Positions 9,218-16,423 of a DNA stretch of 18,819 nucleotides are shown one piece after another. Position 1 is the stretch's first letter. Every line of letters starts with the position of its first letter. Made by a program: the position numbers and the translations under genes. This stretch comes from Candidatus Hodarchaeota archaeon. GTDB lineage: Archaea > Asgardarchaeota > Heimdallarchaeia > Hodarchaeales > Hodarchaeaceae. Under the pieces are notes generated by a model that was not told the DNA's origin, did not search any database, and worked only from the letters and a program-made list of their open reading frames with translations. The stretch is from positions 1 through 18,819 of the forward strand of contig JAEOTC010000231.1 of the NCBI GenBank assembly GCA_016840035.1, read 5' to 3'.

Positions 9218-10603
9218 TTATGAAACCATTGCAAACATTATAAAAAATACTAGAAATGTACCAATAAGAGCAAAAATCCAATAATCATGCTCATAGATGA
9301 ATAGCTGCCGTCCAGTCTCTTTCAATGACCGTGAACGTCTTTGAAGTGAACCTACAATACCATAGGGAAAGAAGAGGACAATGATTATATATAGAACACC
9401 TAGCACGACAAGCCACCATTCACCAAACCCTGGAAAGATATTCTCGATTAGATCTACAAGTCTTAATTCTGAGAATACCACAACTCCCGTACCTAGGAAT
9501 GGACCAATCAAAGTCCCTAAACCTCCTACAATGGTATAAATCATTGCATCAATAGCAATTTCCACACCTAAACCGGTATGGGGATCTAATGTACGAATAT
9601 AAGGAGAAAATAAAGCTCCAGAAAGAGCAGCTATTCCCCCAGCAATAGCAACAGTAATAATCTTATATCGGTATGTATTGTAACCTAAGGCCTGTACTCT
9701 TTCTTCATTTTGAGCTATTGCTGTTATCACCCTTCCAAAGGGAGAGATAGATAATCGTTGAATAAACAGGTACACAACCACCATTGAAGTAAGGGCAAGA
9801 TAGTATTGGACAGGAATTGTGAATAAGTATCTTTTAGAAGTAAAAAAGAGTGAAAAGACATTTGAAGCCACAACAAGCCCAACAATAATGAGTCCCAATA
9901 TCATTAATCCAATCTTTCTCGAAGTTAATTCAAATTTTTCCGCTTTTTCTGTAATTTCATTAACTTTTTGATAATCAAATGGGTTCACGGGTAAACGAGT
10001 AGATATATACTGCACAACCATGAAAATGAAAGCAATTATTACTAGTAAAGCAAAGATAGCAAAAATTAAGTAAGTAAACTGATTTTTGATTAAAGGAGGT
10101 ATTTCCACTCTCAGACCTGTTTCCCCACCTGAAATATCTGAATTTGTTTTGAAGAATTCAAAAACAAGCATTGCAATTGCAAGAGCAATAAAAGCAAATC
10201 CTGTTCCACGTAACCTATCAGTTGTAGCACCCATTACAGCACCAACAAAAATTCCAACTAGGATAGTCAAGAATAAAGCGAAAGGATATGGTAGACCAGA
10301 TATTAAGCTTATCGGAAACGGCATAGCCTTATTAGTAAAAATAAATGCAAACATATAAGCTCCAACCCCGAAGAGTAATGCTTGTCCAAAATTTAAAAGG
10401 CCAGAACGACCTAGCTGTAGATCAAAAGACATTGCTAAGATTCCAAATGTAAAAATCAGCGTTAATGTGTGTAGGAGAGTTCTAAGTGATGAAGTTTCAG
10501 CTGCTGTTAATAACGGTAGAAAATATAGAAAAGCTACTACCGTAATAAAAACCCTATTTTTCGACAAATATTTGTCTATTTTTGATAACGTAAGATAAGA
10601 CAT
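9218..10603 (-). CDS. livM: HAAT (Liv-type) ABC transporter permease LivM, extended
   Basis: GRSGLLNFGQALLFGVGAY, GGETG, SPFGRVITAIAQNEERVQALGY, IVGGLGTLIGPFLG. Confidence 0.92.
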   Translation of the reverse strand: MSYLTLSKIDKYLSKNRVFITVVAFLYFLPLLTAAETSSLRTLLHTLTLIFTFGILAMSFDLQLGRSGLLNFGQALLFGVGAYMFAFIFTNKAMPFPISLISGLPYPFALFLTILVGIFVGAVMGATTDRLRGTGFAFIALAIAMLVFEFFKTNSDISGGETGLRVEIPPLIKNQFTYLIFAIFALLVIIAFIFMVVQYISTRLPVNPFDYQKVNEITEKAEKFELTSRKIGLMILGLIIVGLVVASNVFSLFFTSKRYLFTIPVQYYLALTSMVVVYLFIQRLSISPFGRVITAIAQNEERVQALGYNTYRYKIITVAIAGGIAALSGALFSPYIRTLDPHTGLGVEIAIDAMIYTIVGGLGTLIGPFLGTGVVVFSELRLVDLIENIFPGFGEWWLVVLGVLYIIIVLFFPYGIVGSLQRRSRSLKETGRQLFIYEHDYWIFALIGTFLVFFIMFAMVS

Positions 10604-10618
10604 GATAAATCTCTCCTA

Positions 10619-11710
10619 CTAGTGTTCTCCTGTTAATCCTCCTGGTTTGAATACCAGTATTACTGACATGATGATGAATACTATGATGCTCGATATATCT
10701 GGGAAGAAATACTCGCAGAATTTTATTGACATGCCCACAATGAGTGCTCCGAAGAACGTTCCTTCAAAACGTCCGTAGTGAGCCCCGCCTACGACTACGA
10801 TTACAAACGCAAAAATTAGATAAGTGGTCCCATGTCCTGTATTCGCACCTAACCAAGGTACCAGAATTACGCCTGCCAGTCCAGCTAAAGCTGCTCCAAC
10901 CATAAAAACAAGTGTGAATAACCGTGTAATGTTTATTCCAAGCGCTTCTACCATTTCCGCATCCTCAATTCCAGCTTGGATTTGTAGACCAACCCGAGTT
11001 TTTTGGAATACAAGGAACATCCCACCAGCGAAGAGAAAACCAAAGATTATCAAAAAAATTTGGTAAACCTCAAAGACTAGTCCCGTTCCAAGATTAATTA
11101 CTCCACCTAAAAAGAAATAATTAAGTTGTGACGACGAATCGAGAAAGAATGTCTGGAATGGGGCCCCCCAGATTATTTCCGCCAGTTTAGCAATAATAAA
11201 CATGAAACCGATGGTTAGTAGAATTTGACTTGTCACATTTCCATAGTATTTTTTGATGGTGAATACTTCTATCCCCCCTCCAATTACTGCTAATATAGAA
11301 GCTGTCCCAATACAGGCAATGAAAAATGCAAGAAGTGACACAAAAAAGTTGTTATTGAGAAAAGCAGTATCAAGGAGATAAATTTCTGACGCAAGATAGA
11401 TCTCATATCCAATAAAGCCTCCTAGCATAAAAAAAGCTCCATGCGCAAAGTTAATGACGTCACATAAACCGAAAATAACGAAAAATCCACTAACCATAAG
11501 GAAAAGAAGCATGCTATATGCTAACCCATCGATAATTGATCGGCCGAATTTTAAGGTGAAAGCGTCTACTGATATTTCAATTTGAGAATAAGCCCAATAG
11601 ATTGATAGGATCAAAATGATCACTAATGTTAAAATCTTAACAATTCGACTTGTAAGAATAAATTTCTTAATTTTTTGGTATATACTGGTTTCTATACTCA
11701 TAATTTTCAC
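10619..11710 (-). CDS. livH: HAAT (Liv-type) ABC transporter permease LivH
   Basis: FGLCDVINFAHGAFFMLGG, TRVGLQIQAG...MVEALGIN, FVIVVVGG, KPGGL. Likely start ATG 11701 after AGGTGA. Confidence 0.92.
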   Translation of the reverse strand: MKIMSIETSIYQKIKKFILTSRIVKILTLVIILILSIYWAYSQIEISVDAFTLKFGRSIIDGLAYSMLLFLMVSGFFVIFGLCDVINFAHGAFFMLGGFIGYEIYLASEIYLLDTAFLNNNFFVSLLAFFIACIGTASILAVIGGGIEVFTIKKYYGNVTSQILLTIGFMFIIAKLAEIIWGAPFQTFFLDSSSQLNYFFLGGVINLGTGLVFEVYQIFLIIFGFLFAGGMFLVFQKTRVGLQIQAGIEDAEMVEALGINITRLFTLVFMVGAALAGLAGVILVPWLGANTGHGTTYLIFAFVIVVVGGAHYGRFEGTFFGALIVGMSIKFCEYFFPDISSIIVFIIMSVILVFKPGGLTGEH

Positions 11711-11711
11711 C

Positions 11712-12437
11712 TTACGTTGTAGTTACTCCAAGATGTCGTGATACAAGTTCTTTATCTGCAGTAAGTTTAGCCATATCTTCACCACTTGCTACAATTTTCC
11801 CATCATCAAAGATATAGTATCGGTCCCCTAATGCTGTCACGGATCGGAAATTTTGTTCTACTAACAGAATTGTTTTTGTTTCTTTAAGTTGACTAAGAGA
11901 TCTCAATAGATTTTTGGAATAGAGAGGCGATAATCCTTCAGTTGGTTCATCGATAAGAAGAAGATCATTTTCATTAACAAGAGCTCGTGCGACGGCAAGC
12001 ATCTGTTGTTGACCTCCAGAAAGACTTCTTGCCTTATTTTTCCAAAATTGTTTGAGATCAGGAAATAGATTGAAAATATATTCAAATTTATCTTCCTGAT
12101 TCTTTGTTCCAGATCTTCGCATAGCAACAAGTAAGTTCTGTTCGACAGTAAGGGTGTTAAATATGCGTCGTGTGTCGGGAACATAGCCTATTCCTTGTTG
12201 AACTATTTTATGTGCTGGGAGATGTGAGATTTCATCCCCTTTAAAGCGAATGCTTCCTTGTCTTGGTGGAAGTAATCCAAGAATGGCTTTCATAGCTGTA
12301 GTTTTTCCTGAACCATTACGACCAAGGAGTACAGTCACTTCACCTTTTGGGACTTCAAAAGAAACTCCGTGTAAAATATAAAAAGACTGGATATATACAT
12401 GGATATCATTAACTTCAAGCAGACTCATATTCATCAC
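11712..12437 (-). CDS. livF: HAAT ABC transporter ATP-binding subunit LivF
   Basis: GRNGSGKTT, LSGGQQQMLAVARAL, LIDEPTEGL, LVEQN. Likely start ATG 12428. Confidence 0.95.
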   Translation of the reverse strand: MMNMSLLEVNDIHVYIQSFYILHGVSFEVPKGEVTVLLGRNGSGKTTAMKAILGLLPPRQGSIRFKGDEISHLPAHKIVQQGIGYVPDTRRIFNTLTVEQNLLVAMRRSGTKNQEDKFEYIFNLFPDLKQFWKNKARSLSGGQQQMLAVARALVNENDLLLIDEPTEGLSPLYSKNLLRSLSQLKETKTILLVEQNFRSVTALGDRYYIFDDGKIVASGEDMAKLTADKELVSRHLGVTTT

Positions 12438-13238
12438 CTAAATTAAATCCTCATCTGTACTTCCCAAGTACGCCTGCAATACGTCTTTATTCTCCTTTAT
12501 CTCTTGTGGTTGTCCTTGTGCAATTTTCTTTCCATTAGATAAGACTATTATCTCTTCTGATATTCTCATCACAACATCCATTTTATGTTCAACAAGAATT
12601 ACTGTTAGATCCTTCCCGAAACGCTCTTTTACTCGAAGGATTGCATCAATTACTTCTGGAATTTCCTCTACAGACATACCCGCGGTCGGTTCGTCAAGTA
12701 GAAGTAGCGAAGGTTTAGTTCCAAGAGCCATGGCAATTTCTAATTTTCTCTGTTCTGCATGTGGTAGCAATGTTGCAGGGACAAATAATCGGACTGGATC
12801 TAAACCAACGATATCTGCAATCCCATAGGTTTCATTATGCAATACTTCAATGTCTCCTGCTCGTCTGATAATATCCGAAAGCTTAATCTTCCCTTTTAGA
12901 TAGTGACCTTGAATAGAAAGTCGAATATTCTCGAAAGCGGTTAGATAAGGAAAGATATTCGTTATTTGATAAGATCTAGAAATTCCATGTTGAGAACGTT
13001 GATGGGGAGGAGAATTTGTAATGTCTTTACCATTAAATAGGATTGATCCTTCTGTAGGAGGAAGAACTCCAGTGATTAAATTAAAAAAGGTGGTTTTACC
13101 AGATCCATTTGGGCCAATAATAGTCTTAACAGACCCTCTTTCAATTTCTACATCGACCATGTTAACTGCGGTTAATCCACCGAATTTCTTGGTAATTTTG
13201 TTGGTCTGTAGAATGATATCATTTGTAGCTGAATTCAT
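12438..13238 (-). CDS. livG: HAAT ABC transporter ATP-binding subunit LivG
   Basis: KKFGGLTAV, GPNGSGKTT, SRSYQITNIF, LLDEPTAGM, VEHKM, VLQAYLG. Confidence 0.95.
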   Translation of the reverse strand: MNSATNDIILQTNKITKKFGGLTAVNMVDVEIERGSVKTIIGPNGSGKTTFFNLITGVLPPTEGSILFNGKDITNSPPHQRSQHGISRSYQITNIFPYLTAFENIRLSIQGHYLKGKIKLSDIIRRAGDIEVLHNETYGIADIVGLDPVRLFVPATLLPHAEQRKLEIAMALGTKPSLLLLDEPTAGMSVEEIPEVIDAILRVKERFGKDLTVILVEHKMDVVMRISEEIIVLSNGKKIAQGQPQEIKENKDVLQAYLGSTDEDLI

Positions 13239-13261
13239 TTTTATTCCTTCATTATTGTGAC

Positions 13262-13675
13262 TTAACTTAACATAACCTCTGCTTCACCCGTGATAACCTC
13301 TATTTCATCTTGGTTTTTACAGATTGTTTTTAGCCTTATTCTCTTTTTATCATCCTGCTTACTTATTACTTCAACATATGTATTAATAGTATCACCAATT
13401 CTCACTGGCCGCTTAAACTTAACTTGCTGAGAAAGGTAAATAGTGCCTGGTCCAGGTAGCTCTTTTGCAAGAACTGTGGAGATAAACGATGCAGAAAGCA
13501 TCCCATGGGCTATTCTTCCTTTAAAAATTGTTCCTTTTGCAAATTCTTCATCTAAATGGACAGGATTATGATCTCCTGATACTTCTGCAAAATTCACAAT
13601 ATCTTGTTCCGTAATTGTTCGAACATATTCTGCTGATTGACCGATTTTGATATTTTCATACGTATTTTTCGTCAT
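13262..13675 (-). CDS. phaJ: MaoC-family (R)-specific enoyl-CoA hydratase, PhaJ-like
   Basis: Hydratase-2 motif FAEVSGDHNPVHLDEEFA...RIAHGML and LPGPGTIYLSQ; single 137-aa hot-dog domain. Confidence 0.9.
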   Translation of the reverse strand: MTKNTYENIKIGQSAEYVRTITEQDIVNFAEVSGDHNPVHLDEEFAKGTIFKGRIAHGMLSASFISTVLAKELPGPGTIYLSQQVKFKRPVRIGDTINTYVEVISKQDDKKRIRLKTICKNQDEIEVITGEAEVMLS

Positions 13676-13722
13676 TTCTATCCAGACTTTAATTTATAAT
13701 TCATATCACTCTATTTACAGCA

Positions 13723-14748
13723 TTATACTGTTCCCCAACGAATTACTCCAGCATTCCAGGCCCATCCAATTCCTGCTGCTGCAAACACGACATAATCTCC
13801 ATCCTTAATCATACCTTGTCTCACTCCCCTATCAATTGATAAAATCATATCATTTTGACCATTATGACCAATATCATCTAGGTAAATAGATTGTTTGTAT
13901 GGATCAACCCCGATAGCTTTCGCTACATATTCGAATGCTGAACGCTTCATATGGAGTAATGCGAAGAAATCTATATCCTCTCTTGTAATCCTTGACATGG
14001 CTAATGCTTCGTCAATAACTCGGACAAAAGACTCCATTGAAAAACTATCAAGCCGTTCTTTTAATCCACTCGGATCGGATACGTCTAAATAAGTTAATTC
14101 TTTCTCGATAGCTTCTGATGAAATTGGATGAACGGTACCTCCTGCAGGAACATATACATCATCTGCAAATCGTCCATCTGAAACTGCAGATATTCCTAGT
14201 ATTTCATTCGTTTTGCTATCGCCTTTGACTATAATAGCAACACCACTAGCTGCTAAACTAATCATAAATCTAGTACGTGGATTTTTATAATTAATTAGAT
14301 CCGAATTTCTGTACCCAGAGGCAATTAATACTCGCTTCATCTCTGGGTAAACCTGTAATAGACTCTTAGCTAATAGTATACCAACAGGTAAACTGCCACA
14401 CCTTTGATTAATATCAAAAGCCCATGGTTTTTTTGGACACCCAAGGTATTTCTGAAGTTTAATTCCGTACGTTTGCATTGGATATTCAGAGTACACTTCG
14501 CCAGCCCAAATGATGAGGTCTATATCTTCGGCAGTAAGATTAGCTTGTTTTAGAGCTTTTTTTGCTGCTTCTGCTCCCATATACACAGTGTGATCTTTTG
14601 GACCAGGGACTGTTTTTGCTTTTAATCCAAATTTTGATTCCAGAATATCTTTTGGAATTCCAGTTTCTGACGAAATTAAATCACTAGTGTGCCGTTCTTC
14701 AGGAAGGTACACTCCCCATGATTCGATTCCTACAGGACGTTCAGTCAG
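13723..14748 (-). CDS. KAS III (FabH)-fold protein B (Cys + GHxGxxD type; resembles the PRK06840-type family as I recall it)
   Basis: FDINQRCGS (catalytic Cys), GYRNSDLINY.NPRTRFM, LLHMKRSA, GHNGQND, AGIGWAWNAGVIRW. Frame extends 12 codons beyond the ORF-track GTG (14712) to CTG 14748, restoring the first beta-strand VGIESWGVYLP. Confidence 0.9.
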   Translation of the reverse strand: MTERPVGIESWGVYLPEERHTSDLISSETGIPKDILESKFGLKAKTVPGPKDHTVYMGAEAAKKALKQANLTAEDIDLIIWAGEVYSEYPMQTYGIKLQKYLGCPKKPWAFDINQRCGSLPVGILLAKSLLQVYPEMKRVLIASGYRNSDLINYKNPRTRFMISLAASGVAIIVKGDSKTNEILGISAVSDGRFADDVYVPAGGTVHPISSEAIEKELTYLDVSDPSGLKERLDSFSMESFVRVIDEALAMSRITREDIDFFALLHMKRSAFEYVAKAIGVDPYKQSIYLDDIGHNGQNDMILSIDRGVRQGMIKDGDYVVFAAAGIGWAWNAGVIRWGTV

Positions 14749-14764
14749 TTTGATTCACCTTCAT

Positions 14765-16303
14765 TCATTTTAACTCCCGTTTCAATATTTTTCCTGCAGC
14801 TGAAAGAGGTAATTCCTCTTTTATCACAATGTATCTGGGAATTTTATATTTTGCGAGTCTCTCGGTTAAATATTTTCTTATTTCTGTCTCTTTTATTGAT
14901 TTTCCAGGTTTTAGAGTTACATAAGCTTTCCCTACTTCACCCCATTTCTCATCAGGTACTCCTATGACTGCTGCTAGTGCAACAGCTTCATTCTTGTATA
15001 ATGCTTCTTCGATTTCTACTGGATAAATATTCTCACCCCCTGAAATATACATCTCTTTAGAACGTCCTACAATATAGAAAAATCCATTTTCATCCTGTTT
15101 AACCAAATCACCTGTATGCATATAGCCATCTGACCTGATTGCTTTCTTTGTCTCCTCAGGTTCTTCCCAGTATCCTGAAAATATATGAGGTCCTTTAATC
15201 AGTAATTCTCCAACTTCTCCTTGGGGACATTCAGTACCAGTCTTTGGATTGACTATTTTTAGATCATTATGAAACACAGGGTAACCTACTGATAGAGGAT
15301 GCTGTTTTATTTTATCCTCTGGAAGGTAGAAGTTGTTTGGTCCAGCTTCTGTTAGTCCGTATCCCATTTTCATAAGTTTACCCTTTTCCCAGTAGCGTTT
15401 CATGACCTCTTCAGGACAGGCCGCACCACCTGAAATAAATATCTTGACGGCCTCAAAATTTGCAGTTTGAAAGTTTGGTGACATCGACATCATGTGGAAC
15501 ATAGTTGGTACTCCCACTACAATAGTGCATTTTTCTTTCTCTATTAAACGGAGAGTTTCATCTGGATCAAAATCACCCATTAAAATTGTTTTTCCCCCTT
15601 GATGATAACAAGGAAGAAATAGGACGTTCCATCCACCAGTATGAAACAGAGGAAACAGTAATGGTTCCACCTCATCTGGATGTAAATTCCATGTAAGTAT
15701 CGTATTTATCGAATTCCAGAAAATCATGCGATGCGATAGGACTGCTCCTTTTGGAAGTCCTGTTGTTCCCCCAGTAAATAGTATAAGATGGGGATCTTCA
15801 AAATGTACAATAGGTCGCTCTATATTAGTTTTTTCTTCTTCTTGTGTAAATTCCAGATAGGATTGATCCCCATCTACCGTTTCACTTCCCATTGCAATAT
15901 ACAATGGGATTTTTACAGTTTCTCTTGATTTCATTACTTTTTCTTTAATTGTTGGATCATAAAACATGATAGTGGGAGAAGTTTTTTCAATTAGATAAGT
16001 AAGCTCTGCGGGAGCTAATCTTATATTGTATGGTACGAGAATTGCACCTAATTTACCAGTAGCAAAGAATAAATCTAGACTCTCAATACGATTCTTGGAA
16101 TATAAGGCAACTCTATCTCCTTTAGATATTCCCCTTTTCTTCAAAGCGTGTGCTAACTGATTAGCACGATAATTCATTTCTTCAAACGTATATCGTTTCT
16201 TCTCAATATTATCGACTATTGCTTCTAACTTCGGTGTAAGTTGAGCTCGTCGTGCGGAATAATCACCAATCCATGACCAATCATCATTCATCGTAATATT
16301 CAA
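14765..16303 (-). CDS. Acyl-CoA synthetase / AMP-forming fatty-acid-CoA ligase (ligase 1)
   Basis: FTGGTTGLPKG, GYGLTE, TGD, ISGGENIYPVEIE, GKILKR. Likely start ATG 16291. Confidence 0.95.
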   Translation of the reverse strand: MNITMNDDWSWIGDYSARRAQLTPKLEAIVDNIEKKRYTFEEMNYRANQLAHALKKRGISKGDRVALYSKNRIESLDLFFATGKLGAILVPYNIRLAPAELTYLIEKTSPTIMFYDPTIKEKVMKSRETVKIPLYIAMGSETVDGDQSYLEFTQEEEKTNIERPIVHFEDPHLILFTGGTTGLPKGAVLSHRMIFWNSINTILTWNLHPDEVEPLLFPLFHTGGWNVLFLPCYHQGGKTILMGDFDPDETLRLIEKEKCTIVVGVPTMFHMMSMSPNFQTANFEAVKIFISGGAACPEEVMKRYWEKGKLMKMGYGLTEAGPNNFYLPEDKIKQHPLSVGYPVFHNDLKIVNPKTGTECPQGEVGELLIKGPHIFSGYWEEPEETKKAIRSDGYMHTGDLVKQDENGFFYIVGRSKEMYISGGENIYPVEIEEALYKNEAVALAAVIGVPDEKWGEVGKAYVTLKPGKSIKETEIRKYLTERLAKYKIPRYIVIKEELPLSAAGKILKRELK

Positions 16304-16377
16304 CCGTAAATAACCTATAGTTCGTCAAAGAAGTTTTTACGAATTTCTATTGTTTGTATCGGGAGATTCATCTTTAA

Positions 16378-16423
16378 GGAGGGAGAAAAAAGGGAGAAAA
16401 TTTAGTAAATTAATACTAAATTT
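16378..16423 (-). terminator. Hairpin + U-tract internal terminator/processing site after the binding-protein gene
   Basis: 10-bp inverted repeat AAATTTAGTA (16398-16407) / TACTAAATTT (16414-16423), followed on the minus strand by TTTTCTCCCTTTTTTCTCCCTCC. Confidence 0.6.

Noticed and set aside
13693-13699. TTATAAA upstream of phaJ as an internal leaderless promoter
   Set aside because: It lies only about 18-24 nt from the ATG, closer than normal archaeal TATA spacing, and the gap is AT-rich.
7308-14748. Canonical fabH genes / type II fatty-acid synthesis
   Set aside because: The His-Asn pair is missing in both proteins, and there is no acpP, fabD, fabG or fabF in the window.
5737-16303. menE/menH menaquinone genes
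   Set aside because: The ligases and hydrolases share only the folds; no menB, menC, menD or menF nearby.
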